In this document: one piece after another, positions 1 to 9,588 of the stretch
How positions within the stretch are numbered: the first letter of the stretch is position 1
Layout: every line of letters starts with the position of its first letter
DNA from: Nostoc punctiforme PCC 73102
GTDB lineage: Bacteria > Cyanobacteriota > Cyanobacteriia > Cyanobacteriales > Nostocaceae
Reading direction: 5' to 3'
NCBI RefSeq assembly: GCF_000020025.1
Contig: NC_010628.1
Coordinates: forward strand, 5,640,001-5,672,000
DNA: 32,000 nucleotides
Notes under the pieces: model-generated
The model's database searches: none
Seen by the model: the letters and a program-made list of their open reading frames with translations, nothing else
What the model was told of the DNA's origin: nothing
Position numbers and translations under genes: made by a program

Positions 1-1
1 T

Positions 2-121
2 GGAATGAGGCAAAATATTGCTACATCCGGCTATGAATCAGTGAAGGATCTAACGTTACAAAATATGTGTCTGAAATTTGAGAAAATTCTTATGGAATAT
101 AGCTTTAGAGTTAAAAGTTGA
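2..121 (+). CDS. 3' end of an ORF entering from upstream (product unknown; context suggests another polysaccharide-biosynthesis gene)
   Basis: Frame 2 is open from the window edge (GMRQNIATSGYESVKDLTLQNMCLKFEKILMEYSFRVKS) and stops at TGA 119-121. No motif recognised. Confidence 0.3.
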   Translation, partial: GMRQNIATSGYESVKDLTLQNMCLKFEKILMEYSFRVKS

Positions 122-167
122 ATTAAGTATAAATAAAGAAGGAAGCTATTGATTTTAAGTTTAAAAG

Positions 168-920
168 TTGGAGTCAGTAGAAAAGATGATTACTAGAGTA
201 GATTATCAGTTAAATCGCTTGCAATTTTTAAATAAATTAGTGAATTTAGAAAATGCAGAAGGTTTAGAAATAGGAGCTTGCGATTTACCAACTGTTACCA
301 AAGAGGTTGGCAAATGTGAGTTTGCCGATTTTCGTTCATCGGAAGAAATGATTGCTCTTTGGAACCTTCCTGCTGAAACAGTAATGCCGATCAAATATAT
401 TCTCCAAAGAGATATTAAAGTTCACCTTCAAATTCACAAAAAATTTGATTTTGTAATTCTCTGTCATGTAATTGAGCATATTCCTAATGTAATTAGCTAT
501 ATTAAAGATTTACATAATTTGCTGAAACCAGGAGGACTCCTAATTATTGCCTGTCCAGATAAGAGAATAACTTTTGATGCTTCAAGACCCTCAACCACAA
601 TAGAACACTTACTCGACGATTATTACAATAACTGTAATTATCCTTCATTAGAACATATCTTGGAATTTGGCAAAGTTATATCTGAAGATTTAAAGCAGAA
701 AAGCATAAAATCACCTAAAGAGTTTTATAAATGGGGATGCGAAAATTTTGAATCTGGATTTGCAGATCCTCATTGCCACGTTTGGACAGATGAAGAGTTT
801 TTCACTCAAATGGAATACTTGATCGATGGGGATATTATTGAAGGCTTGGAAATTGTTGATAAACAATACAATGATGGTGCTTATAATGAATTCCTTATCG
901 CTTTCAAATCTTCTGAATGA
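168..920 (+). CDS. Class I SAM-dependent methyltransferase
   Basis: The 250-aa ORF carries LEIGACD (motif I-like), FDFVILCHVIEHIPN and LKPGGLLIIACPD, as in the Methyltransf_11/23 type. The track start is TTG 168; the first ATG is at 186. Confidence 0.7.
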   Translation: MESVEKMITRVDYQLNRLQFLNKLVNLENAEGLEIGACDLPTVTKEVGKCEFADFRSSEEMIALWNLPAETVMPIKYILQRDIKVHLQIHKKFDFVILCHVIEHIPNVISYIKDLHNLLKPGGLLIIACPDKRITFDASRPSTTIEHLLDDYYNNCNYPSLEHILEFGKVISEDLKQKSIKSPKEFYKWGCENFESGFADPHCHVWTDEEFFTQMEYLIDGDIIEGLEIVDKQYNDGAYNEFLIAFKSSE

Positions 921-1041
921 ATCCAGATATAATCAGAGAAATATCAATTTATAATGAAAGTAGTTTGTTACATTATCAATTCATTCAATATGTCACAATC
1001 GCGTTCCCTATGCATCGGTTTACTGTATAAGTATTACGCAA

Positions 1042-1971
1042 ATGAAGTCTCAGTATAAGATAGCAGCTTATATAACTGCTTATGAAGATCCAAAAGCAGT
1101 TATGGATTGTCTTAATGCTATTGCTTGCCAATCCTCCTTTGCGATTGACAAGTTGCTGATATTAGATAACTCCACAAAAAAGCCTTTATTGCATCTCACA
1201 AATAAAGAAAATATTTTAATCAAGTTTCATCCAGAAAATATAGGAATTGCGGCAGGATTAACTTGGGCAATCAAATGGGCTATCGAACAAGAATATGACT
1301 TTTTATGGTCTTTTGATCAAGATAGTGTTCCGGCTGCAAACTGTCTAGAAATTTTGCTGAAAACTTATTATCAATTGTCTCAACAAGATAATTATAAAAT
1401 TGGCATTATTGCTCCTACTCCTTCTGATCCTAGAACGAGTAAGGTTATAGAAGGTGCAGTTTTTTTTAACGATCATTTTCTAGCGCTTAAACATAATAGT
1501 AGTGTTGATTTTTATGAATGTGATTCACCGATTACATCAGGATCTCTAATTTCATTAGCTGCCGCTAAAACCATTTCTCCTCCTTGTGTTGACTTATTTA
1601 TTGATGGTATTGACCTTGATTATGGATTGCGATTAAGGCAAAAGGGCTTTCATAACCTAATTGCTACTAAAGCTATTATGCACCACAATTTTGGTAGTCC
1701 TATTCAAGTAAAATTTATGAATAAATATCGCTACATCCAACAATATTCAGCTTTACGTTATTACTATATCTGTCGTAATCATAGTTATTTGGAAACTCGC
1801 TTTTCTCAAGGTTACTATCACTTCACTAGCTTAATGCGGCGAATAAAATATATGCTGCTTCAAATTCTTTTTATTATGCTATATGATTTAGAAGATAAAC
1901 AATTAAAAATATGGGCTTGTTTATTAGGGACTTATCGGGGCTTAATTGGAAATATTAGTAAAACTTGGTAA
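1042..1971 (+). CDS. Glycosyltransferase family 2 (rhamnosyltransferase-like)
   Basis: The N-terminal GT-A signature is AAYITAYEDPKAV...LLILDNS, with a DxD-like FDQDS. It lies in a GT cluster. Confidence 0.75.
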   Translation: MKSQYKIAAYITAYEDPKAVMDCLNAIACQSSFAIDKLLILDNSTKKPLLHLTNKENILIKFHPENIGIAAGLTWAIKWAIEQEYDFLWSFDQDSVPAANCLEILLKTYYQLSQQDNYKIGIIAPTPSDPRTSKVIEGAVFFNDHFLALKHNSSVDFYECDSPITSGSLISLAAAKTISPPCVDLFIDGIDLDYGLRLRQKGFHNLIATKAIMHHNFGSPIQVKFMNKYRYIQQYSALRYYYICRNHSYLETRFSQGYYHFTSLMRRIKYMLLQILFIMLYDLEDKQLKIWACLLGTYRGLIGNISKTW

Positions 1972-2000
1972 TTGATACTTCTATATGACAGACTGCAAGA

Positions 2001-2888
2001 ATGAACACACAATTAATTAACTCAGTATCAATTATCTTAGTTAACTATAATGGTGCAGATGTTTTAATAAATTGTTTGAATTCTCTAGAAAAATTTATTC
2101 CTAAAGATAACTGTGAAATTATTTTAGTCGATAATAATTCTCAAGATAATAGTATAGATATTGTTGATAATAAATTTCCTGAAATCAAATTAATCAAACT
2201 ACCAATAAACGTTGGTTTTGGAGCAGGAAATAATGCTGGTGCAAAACTAGCAAAAGGGAAATTTTTATTATTATTAAATACTGATACAATACTTACAAAT
2301 AACATCTTACCCCATCTTATAGAATTAATGTCTGTAAATCAAGATGTAGGTGTTATTGGTACTAAGTTACTTTTTCCAGATGGAAGTTTTCAAATTTCTT
2401 TTTCACCTGAAATTGGAATTAAAGGAGAGTTTCAAGCACAAAAAATACATAAAAATGCTGAAAATAAAAATTCTTTTAAGATTATAGAGCAGGATTTTCA
2501 AGATATTAAAGAAGTAGATATTGTCGTCGGAGCCGCCTTTTTTATTAGGGCAAATTTATTTAATTTATTAGGTGGCTTTGACGAAAAATTATTCATGTAT
2601 TTTGAAGATTCTGATTTGTGTCAAAGAGTCAGAAATGAAGGGTATAAAATTATTTATACTCCCCACATATCCATAATTCATATAAGAGGACATTCTGTAA
2701 AAAAAATATCCAATAAAATGTCTGTTGAATATAGACGTAGCCAGATTTACTACTATCATAAGCATCGTCCGATGTGGGAAATATTGACGTTAAGAGTATA
2801 TTTAATATTTAAGTTTTTATATCAATACCTAAAAACACCCAACCCTTATAGTTGGGAAATTATAAAACTAAGTTTTATGTATAAATAA
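2001..2888 (+). CDS. Glycosyltransferase family 2
   Basis: VSIILVNYNGADVL...IILVDNNSQDNS, GFGAGNNAG, LLLNTDT and FMYFEDSDLCQR are classic GT2 motifs. Confidence 0.85.
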   Translation: MNTQLINSVSIILVNYNGADVLINCLNSLEKFIPKDNCEIILVDNNSQDNSIDIVDNKFPEIKLIKLPINVGFGAGNNAGAKLAKGKFLLLLNTDTILTNNILPHLIELMSVNQDVGVIGTKLLFPDGSFQISFSPEIGIKGEFQAQKIHKNAENKNSFKIIEQDFQDIKEVDIVVGAAFFIRANLFNLLGGFDEKLFMYFEDSDLCQRVRNEGYKIIYTPHISIIHIRGHSVKKISNKMSVEYRRSQIYYYHKHRPMWEILTLRVYLIFKFLYQYLKTPNPYSWEIIKLSFMYK

Positions 2889-2890
2889 TT

Positions 2891-3958
2891 ATGTCTTTAT
2901 TAATTAACCTTTCATTTATACTTACTAAACCCACAGGGACTACGACTTATGCTTTTAATCTTTTACCTCACTTAAAACCACTTCAACCAACACTTTTAAC
3001 TTCACAATATTTTCCTAACTATAATTCCTATCAAACTCCTGTTAATCAAACGTCAGAACAAGGTATTAAAGGTCATTTACGCCGCCTGAGATGGACACAA
3101 TTTAAACTACCAAAAATTTATAATAACCTCAAATCTAGTCTTTTATTCTCCCCACTTCCGGAAGCACCTCTTTATACCAACTGTCGTTTTGTAATCACGT
3201 CTTTCGACATGATACCGTTGCGCTTTCCCAAGCGCTTTTCACCACTCATACCTTACCACCGCTACTACACTCCCCAAGTCCTTAAGCAAGCGCAACACAT
3301 TATTTGCATCTCCCAGACTACGGCTGAGGATATCACTAACTTTTACGGAATTCCTGCAAACAAAATTACGCCCATCCTCCTCGCTTACGATCGCACTCAC
3401 TTCCGTCCTCTCAATCTAGCTACCCGCAACTACTTTCTCTACATTGGCCGCCAAGAGCCTTACAAAAACATCCAGCGACTGCTCGCTGCTTTTGCTGCGT
3501 TACCTAACCACAAAGACTATGAACTATGGTTAGTAGGGCCAAGTGATTTGCGTTACACCCCGACTTTAAAAACGCAAGTTGAGGAACTATCTATAACTAA
3601 TCAGGTAAAGTTCCTAGACTATGTACCATATAGCGAATTACCAAAAATTATTAATGAAGCGATCGCTCTAGTGTTCCCCAGTCTATGGGAAGGTTTTGGT
3701 TTACCGGTTCTGGAAGCAATGGCTTGTGGTACTCCCGTCATTACCTCCAATCTCTCCTCCTTACCAGAAGTGGCTGGAGACGCGGCGATTCTGATCGATC
3801 CATACAACACCGTAGAAATTACAGAGGCAATGCAGGTTATTGCAACTAATTCGGCACTGCGATCGCACCTTTCTAGCCAAGGTATTATTCACTGCCAACA
3901 ATTCAGTTGGGAAAAAACAGCAAAAGCAACCGCCGAAGTGTTATCCCGGTACATGTAA
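2891..3958 (+). CDS. Glycosyltransferase family 4 (GT-B fold, group 1)
   Basis: The C-terminal motif PSLWEGFGLPVLEAMACGTPVITSNLSSLPEVAGDAA is present. The gene starts 3 nt after the preceding GT2 stop. Confidence 0.85.
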   Translation: MSLLINLSFILTKPTGTTTYAFNLLPHLKPLQPTLLTSQYFPNYNSYQTPVNQTSEQGIKGHLRRLRWTQFKLPKIYNNLKSSLLFSPLPEAPLYTNCRFVITSFDMIPLRFPKRFSPLIPYHRYYTPQVLKQAQHIICISQTTAEDITNFYGIPANKITPILLAYDRTHFRPLNLATRNYFLYIGRQEPYKNIQRLLAAFAALPNHKDYELWLVGPSDLRYTPTLKTQVEELSITNQVKFLDYVPYSELPKIINEAIALVFPSLWEGFGLPVLEAMACGTPVITSNLSSLPEVAGDAAILIDPYNTVEITEAMQVIATNSALRSHLSSQGIIHCQQFSWEKTAKATAEVLSRYM

Positions 3959-4036
3959 AATAATACCGTTGAGTAAGGCAGGGACTTAGAGAACGCGGCA
4001 ACACGGAGAATAACAAATGAAAAATGAAAAATCCCT

Positions 4037-5113
4037 ATGAAAGCACTAATTCTCTCTGGTGGAAAAGGTACACGCCTACGTCCCCTTACTTATAGCGGAG
4101 CCAAACAACTCGTACCAGTTGCAAATAAACCTGTTTTATGGTATGGCATTGAAGAAATGGTCGCTGCTGGGATTACTGATATTGGCATCATCATCAGCCC
4201 GGAAACTGGAGCAGAAGTTCAAGGGAAAACTGGAAATGGAGAATACTTTGGAGCAAACATCACCTACATCGTCCAAGAGCAGCCACTCGGACTTGCTCAC
4301 GCCGTCCAAATCGCCCGTCCGTTTTTAGAAAATTCTCCCTTTGTCATGTACTTGGGCGATAACCTTATTCAACTAGGTGAGTTACGTTACTTTCTGCAAC
4401 AATTTAGCCAGCAACAGCCGGATGCTTTGATTCTCTTGCGTTCAGTTGCCAACCCTAGCGCCTTTGGTGTGGCTGAGGTAGATGATACAGGACGGGTATT
4501 ACAGTTAATTGAAAAACCCAAAGTTCCTCCTTCAAATCTGGCATTAGTAGGAGTTTATTTCTTTTCTCACCTCATCTTTGATGCGATCGCAAATATCCAA
4601 CCTTCTGCCAGAGGCGAACTGGAAATTACTGATGCTATTCAATACCTAATTAATCAGGAAAAGCAAGTTTTAGCATACAATCTCAAAGGTTGGTGGTTAG
4701 ATACTGGCAAGAAAGATGACTTATTAGAAGCTAACCGATTGATTCTCGATACCTATTTGATAGCATCAGTTCTTGGCGAAATCGATGCCCAAAGTCAGAT
4801 TATTGGACGAGTCCAAATCGGTGCAAAATCTCAAGTAATTAACTGCACAATTCGGGGACCAGTAGTCATTGGTAGCAATTGTCATTTAGAAAACTGCTTT
4901 ATTGGCCCTTATAGTAGTATTGCTAACAATGCGACACTGATTGATACTGATTTAGAGCATAGTGTGATTTTAGAAGGCGCTAAAATTGCCGGAATTCATC
5001 AGCGTATTATTGATAGTGTGATTGGGCAACGGGCACAATTGACTCTTGCACCTCGCCGCCCCAAAGCCTTGCGATTTCTAATTGGCGATGACTGTCAAAT
5101 TGAACTAACCTGA
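4037..5113 (+). CDS. Glucose-1-phosphate thymidylyltransferase, long form (nucleotidyltransferase domain + C-terminal left-handed beta-helix)
   Basis: MKALILSGGKGTRLRPLTYSGAKQLVPVANKP is the sugar-nucleotidyltransferase G-rich loop. The 358-aa protein has a hexapeptide-like C-terminus and lies next to rfbC/rfbD. Confidence 0.8.
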   Translation: MKALILSGGKGTRLRPLTYSGAKQLVPVANKPVLWYGIEEMVAAGITDIGIIISPETGAEVQGKTGNGEYFGANITYIVQEQPLGLAHAVQIARPFLENSPFVMYLGDNLIQLGELRYFLQQFSQQQPDALILLRSVANPSAFGVAEVDDTGRVLQLIEKPKVPPSNLALVGVYFFSHLIFDAIANIQPSARGELEITDAIQYLINQEKQVLAYNLKGWWLDTGKKDDLLEANRLILDTYLIASVLGEIDAQSQIIGRVQIGAKSQVINCTIRGPVVIGSNCHLENCFIGPYSSIANNATLIDTDLEHSVILEGAKIAGIHQRIIDSVIGQRAQLTLAPRRPKALRFLIGDDCQIELT

Positions 5114-5229
5114 TTTACTTTTTGAAAAAAGGAAAAGCCACGGTCGAAGTGTTACCTGCTAGCTGTAAAATACAAGCATTAAATTACTCTCACAATTAAA
5201 ACTGTGGCGGGTTACTCGAAATAATATTG

Positions 5230-5775
5230 ATGAGTATTGTACAGACCAAAATTCCCGAAGTTCTACAACTAGAACCCAAAGTATTTGCAGACGATCGCGG
5301 GTTCTTTTTTGAAGCCTACAACGATCGGAAATTTGCCCAAGAGACTGGTATTGTTGCCAACTTTGTCCAAGATAACCACTCTTGCTCTAAACAAAACGTT
5401 CTGCGGGGATTGCATTACCAAATCCAACAACCCCAAGGTAAACTTGTCCGGGCTGTTGTTGGCACTATCTTTGACGTAGCCGTAGATATCAGAAAAAGTT
5501 CGACTACCTTCGGTAAATGGGTAGCTTATGAACTCAGTGCTGAGAACAAACGTCTATTGTGGATACCACCAGGCTTTGCTCATGGGTTTCTTGTGCTTTC
5601 AGAAGTAGCCGAAGTTCTCTATAAAGCTACAGATTACTACGCACCCCAAGGCGATCGCACAATTCTATGGAACGATCCAGATTTAGCTATAGATTGGCCC
5701 CTGAGTGCGTCACCGATTTTATCAGCTAAAGACCAAGCCGGTAAATATTTGAGAACTGCTGAAGTATTTGATTAA
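5230..5775 (+). CDS. rfbC: dTDP-4-dehydrorhamnose 3,5-epimerase
   Basis: FADDRGFFFEAYN, RGLHYQ and PPGFAHGF are RmlC cupin motifs. The track starts at TTG 5227; an ATG follows at 5230. Confidence 0.9.
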   Translation: MSIVQTKIPEVLQLEPKVFADDRGFFFEAYNDRKFAQETGIVANFVQDNHSCSKQNVLRGLHYQIQQPQGKLVRAVVGTIFDVAVDIRKSSTTFGKWVAYELSAENKRLLWIPPGFAHGFLVLSEVAEVLYKATDYYAPQGDRTILWNDPDLAIDWPLSASPILSAKDQAGKYLRTAEVFD

Positions 5776-5811
5776 GCTTGATGATTGCGTTAGGTTCGAG
5801 AACTAATTAGG

Positions 5812-6702
5812 ATGAGTAAATCAATTTTGCTGATTGGTAGCAACGGTCAAGTAGGTAAAGAACTGCAACAAATACTCCCATCCTATGGCGATATTATCTC
5901 AGTAGCACGCCCAACAGTAGACCTTGCCCAACCCGATACCCTCCGCAGCATCATCAGATCCAAGCAACCACAAATCATCATTAACGCCGCTGCTTATACT
6001 GCTGTGGACAAAGCAGAAAGCGAACCCGAACTTGCTAGCGCTATTAATGCTACTGCGCCCCTAATTATTGCCCAAGAAAGCCAAAAATTAGGAGCTTTTC
6101 TAATTCATATTTCGACAGATTATGTTTTTGATGGTAATGGGTATCGCCCTTACCAGGAAACCGATGCGACTAATCCCTTGAGTGTTTATGGTAAAACCAA
6201 ACTTGCTGGAGAAGAAGCAATTCGGGAAACTTGCGCCCATCACCTAATCCTCCGTACTGCTTGGGTTTATGGAACCTTTGGCAAAAGTAACTTTGTCAAA
6301 ACCATGCTGCGACTAGGTGCAGAACGTCAAGAACTCCGTGTTGTCGCCGATCAAATTGGTAGCCCGACTTGGGCGCAAGATATAGCCACAGTCATAGCCC
6401 AGACGATTCCCCAGTTAACCCCAAAAATTGGCGGCACTTATCACTACACTAATAGCGGTGTTGCTAGCTGGTATGACTTTGCAGTTGCCATTTTTGAAGA
6501 AGCCCAACAGCTAGGCTTCCCTTTAAAAGTTGAACATATTGTCCCTATTACAACTGCCGAATATCCGACACCAGCCCGTCGCCCTGCTTATTCCGTCCTT
6601 GCTTGTGGAAAAATTTCCGCAATTGTAGGGACTTATCCTTCCCATTGGCGACAAAGACTTCGGCAAATGCTTGCAGATTTGAAAATTGGGTATGCGGAAT
6701 AG
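5812..6702 (+). CDS. rfbD: dTDP-4-dehydrorhamnose reductase
   Basis: ILLIGSNGQVG is the Rossmann motif. Also present: NAAAYTAVDKAE, STDYVFDG and YGKTKLAGE (YxxxK). Confidence 0.9.
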   Translation: MSKSILLIGSNGQVGKELQQILPSYGDIISVARPTVDLAQPDTLRSIIRSKQPQIIINAAAYTAVDKAESEPELASAINATAPLIIAQESQKLGAFLIHISTDYVFDGNGYRPYQETDATNPLSVYGKTKLAGEEAIRETCAHHLILRTAWVYGTFGKSNFVKTMLRLGAERQELRVVADQIGSPTWAQDIATVIAQTIPQLTPKIGGTYHYTNSGVASWYDFAVAIFEEAQQLGFPLKVEHIVPITTAEYPTPARRPAYSVLACGKISAIVGTYPSHWRQRLRQMLADLKIGYAE

Positions 6703-6945
6703 GGCACAAGAGGCAGAGGTGCAAAGAAGCATTGGGCATTGGGCATAAGAGGCAGAGAGGCAAGAGGTACGCACTTCGACTCCTTTCGACTTCGCTACCT
6801 CGGCTTCACTCGGCACAAGTCAAGGCAAGTCGCTCAGTGACCGAGGGGCAGAGGGGAAAAACTTACTGCAATTTCTCATTTGCTCCCCCGGTTACTGAGC
6901 GCAGTCGAAGTATGCTCCCCTGCACCCTTGCTTCTTCCCCACGTC
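6703..6945. repeat. Block of Nostoc-type dispersed intergenic repeats
   Basis: Contains direct repeats GGGCA(C/T)AAGAGGCAGAG and motifs of the CGACTTCGCT / GCTCAGTGACCGAGGGG / GGTTACTGAGCGCAGTCGAAGTATGC type. The ORFs called here on both strands run through repeat sequence. Confidence 0.7.
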
Positions 6946-7686
6946 CTATTTCTTTTGACTTTTTAATACTCCCGTTTCATGTTGTATGGGCAAGACATCT
7001 AAAATATCAGTTTGGGAACAATATTTTAAATCTTCGTGACAGTCAAGACGCAACAATCGTTGGCCGTGACTAGCTTGGTGAAGTAATCCTAATAAGTTAT
7101 CTTGCCATTGAGAGTAAAGAGCGATCGCACTAATTACTTCATCATTACCAGCGATTTCTTCAGGTGACAACTGGGTTTGCTGCCAAATACTATGAGCGAT
7201 CGCACCCGCACAAACTGTATCCTCTAAGGAAAAGCTACCTTCCCAACCTGAACCGACAATCCACACTGTCTCTGGTTGCTTATCTAAAAGGAATTGCACC
7301 ACTGCCGCCCGGTTAATCAAGGCTGCTGCTAATACATTTGGGGAGTCTTGTACCCGTTGTAAAGCACGAGTCCCATTTGTAGTGCTGATAAACAAACGCC
7401 GCCCTTGTACTAATTCTGGTGTGCAGTCGAGGGGAGAGTTACCCAACTCAAAACCAGCTACTTTCGCACCGCCGCGTTCTCCAGCCCGCAGACGTTTTTC
7501 ATGGGGCCATTTTTCGCTAACTTCAATTAACCGATCTAAATCGCTGAATACTTGTACAGCTTCGCCTCCAGATGCCAAGACAGTCGCAATTGTGCTAGTG
7601 GCTCGCAAGACATCGACTGCGATCGCACATTCTGGCGCTTTATCCGTTGGAGTCAATTCAGGAGTGTGGTATAAGAATAACTTCAC
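6946..7686 (-). CDS. comB: 2-phosphosulfolactate phosphatase family protein (ComB-like)
   Basis: The N-terminus [24 protein letters not shown] and [11 protein letters not shown] are typical of the ComB family. Confidence 0.75.
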   Translation of the reverse strand: MKLFLYHTPELTPTDKAPECAIAVDVLRATSTIATVLASGGEAVQVFSDLDRLIEVSEKWPHEKRLRAGERGGAKVAGFELGNSPLDCTPELVQGRRLFISTTNGTRALQRVQDSPNVLAAALINRAAVVQFLLDKQPETVWIVGSGWEGSFSLEDTVCAGAIAHSIWQQTQLSPEEIAGNDEVISAIALYSQWQDNLLGLLHQASHGQRLLRLDCHEDLKYCSQTDILDVLPIQHETGVLKSQKK

Positions 7687-7836
7687 GGGCTGGATACACC
7701 TGTTTTAATACTACTGCCGAAAATAACATTCTACCCAGTTGGTGTCACTAACTATAATCACAATTATTCCAGGAACATTTTTTACCATCAAAATACAAAA
7801 TGTATCTTATTCAATACATAGATACGAGTGGGGACT

Positions 7837-7896
7837 GGGGAAAAAGCAAGGGGGCAGGGATGCATACTTCGACTGCGCTCAGTAACCGGGGGGCAA
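7837..7896. repeat. Dispersed repeat, an inverted copy of 6881-6940
   Basis: The reverse complement of 6881-6940 aligns to 7837-7896 with 4-5 mismatches in about 60 nt. The shared core is GCATACTTCGACTGCGCTCAGTAACCGGGGG. Confidence 0.8.
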
Positions 7897-8175
7897 AGGA
7901 GAAGAGTTTATACCCCTAGCAGGAACAGCACCCCTCCCTTCTGCCTCTTTTCAATCCTTAATCAATATTGAAAAAGCCCATTTTTATGATTTCAGACTTT
8001 CAGACTTGCTGCACTATCTTGTAATCTAAAACAAGAACAGACCTTCTAAAAGGGGAAAAAGTTACAGTTTCAAGGTTACAGCGCTAAGGGACAAATATTT
8101 ACTCATTCCCTACTCCCCAGTACAGACGCAATTAATCGCGTCTCTGCCCACTCCCCACTCCCCATTGAAATTGCT

Positions 8176-8595
8176 ATGGCACCTTTACCCGACTATCGCC
8201 CTAAACAACTATCTTTAGGCCCGTTGGAAGCGGAAATTTTAAATATTATCTGGGAACTTGGTTCAGCCACAGTCAAGGATGTACACGATCGCATCCTCAC
8301 CGATCCCAACCGTGAATTAGCGTATACTTCTGTCACCACCGTCTTACGTCGCCTCACTGATAAAGGTTGGCTGGCCTGCGACAAAAAGGAGCGGGCATTC
8401 TATTGGCGGCCAATGCTGAGTAAGCAACAATCAGAAGTGATCAAAGCTCACGAGCAGTTACAGCGATTTCTAGCAGTGGGGAATCCCGATGTTGTTGCTG
8501 CCTTTGCTGATAGTCTGGATGAAGCAGCTAGTGAACAAATAGCAGCGATCGCCAAACGGATTCAATCTGCACGCCAAGCCAGGGAGGAACAATGA
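8176..8595 (+). CDS. BlaI/MecI/CopY-family transcriptional repressor
   Basis: LGPLEAEILNIIWELGSATVKDVHDRI...YTSVTTVLRRLTDKGWL is a winged-helix penicillinase-repressor pattern. The gene overlaps the next gene by 4 nt (ATGA). Confidence 0.85.
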   Translation: MAPLPDYRPKQLSLGPLEAEILNIIWELGSATVKDVHDRILTDPNRELAYTSVTTVLRRLTDKGWLACDKKERAFYWRPMLSKQQSEVIKAHEQLQRFLAVGNPDVVAAFADSLDEAASEQIAAIAKRIQSARQAREEQ

Positions 8596-9434
8596 TGCAT
8601 CTGATAATGATTTTGAATGCTTTGGCAGTTGCCTGGTGGTTAAGATCCGCCTGGAATCAACCCCAAGGCAATTGGAATCTGCGATGGCAGCGATCGCTAT
8701 TTTTGTTCCTTTTCCCGCCCTTGTTAATTTTCATGACTGCGATCGCTGTGCTGTTCATGGGGCCTCAAGGACAAATGGGCGGGATGTATACAGGCTCAAT
8801 TAGCTATTTACTAGCATTAATTTATTTGGCATTTTTTGCCATTTCATGCATTAAACTTGCTTTTCAGGGTTGGCAGTCTGTAGAGTCTGCCCGTAACTGC
8901 CCCTTAGTGAATGTTGGCGATAGACGAGCCAGACTGCTGCAAACGGGCGCGTTGTTTGCAGGTCAAATCGGTTTTTGGCAACCAGAATTAGTGGTTAGCC
9001 AAGGATTAGTACAAACTCTTTCACCTGCTCATTTAGAAAGCGTTTTAGCCCATGAGCAAGGGCATCACCATTACAGGGATACGTTCTGGTTTTTCTGGCT
9101 GGGTTGGGTGCGTTCTTGCACTGCATGGTTGCCGAATACAGAGCCTTTGTGGGAAGAACTGTTAGCTTTGCGCGAACTCCGTGCTGATGGTTATGCTGCA
9201 TTGCAGGTAGACCCTCTGGTGCTAGCGGAATCACTTTTATTAGTAGTTAGTAGTGGCCCCGTTTTATCGGAAATTTGCTGTGCTGCATTAGGTTCCTCTG
9301 GTGCAGATCGTTTAGAACAAAGAGTAGAAGCTCTATTAGCACCACCAGAAGCAACCCCAGAAGCTCAATTACAATCTTGGCATGGCTTTCTGCTAGCGTT
9401 CCTACCTCTACTGTCTGTGATATTTCATAGTTAA
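8592..9434 (+). CDS. BlaR1-like M56 family membrane metalloprotease (no C-terminal sensor domain)
   Basis: Several hydrophobic segments are present, with the HExxH zinc motif in LAHEQGHHHYRD. The protein is 280 aa and ends without a transpeptidase-like domain. Confidence 0.8.
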   Translation: MMHLIMILNALAVAWWLRSAWNQPQGNWNLRWQRSLFLFLFPPLLIFMTAIAVLFMGPQGQMGGMYTGSISYLLALIYLAFFAISCIKLAFQGWQSVESARNCPLVNVGDRRARLLQTGALFAGQIGFWQPELVVSQGLVQTLSPAHLESVLAHEQGHHHYRDTFWFFWLGWVRSCTAWLPNTEPLWEELLALRELRADGYAALQVDPLVLAESLLLVVSSGPVLSEICCAALGSSGADRLEQRVEALLAPPEATPEAQLQSWHGFLLAFLPLLSVIFHS

Positions 9435-9588
9435 GTTGAATTTATAGCAGGGAATAGGGAACAGGCAATAGGCTTGAAAGTGTCTTGATGCCGGGGTTTT
9501 ACGATCGGTTTATGTTCTAAACTATATTTCAACTGCTATAAAAAGCCACTACAGCCCAAAGCTACGACGTTATCGACATCAGTTGTGT

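Noticed and set aside
206-5479. Short internal or antisense ORFs (206-394 -, 3619-3810 -, 4059-4328 +, 5285-5479 +). Similar ones lie inside later genes (for example 7382-7708, 8193-8384, 8995-9234, 10372-10801, 14017-14503, 18141-18362, 18615-18833, 21053-21862, 22439-22699, 25584-25886, 26395-26598, 29525-29791, 30596-30790, 31393-31587).
   Set aside because: Each is embedded in a longer ORF that has clear family motifs. No independent evidence supports any overlapping gene.
6523-7073. ORFs 6523-6816 (-), 6548-6763 (-) and 6603-7073 (+)
   Set aside because: They run through dispersed repeat sequence and overlap one another, and 6603-7073 overlaps both the rfbD end and the comB end. The peptides are low-complexity and repeat-derived.
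8040-8175. BlaI operator upstream of the repressor gene (GTTACAG..GTTACAG at about 8062-8083)
   Set aside because: The two copies are direct repeats, not the TACA/TGTA-type dyad expected for BlaI/MecI operators. The nearby palindrome (ACAGACGCAATTAATCGCGTCT) belongs to a common Nostoc repeat family seen elsewhere in the window (17965, 30015).
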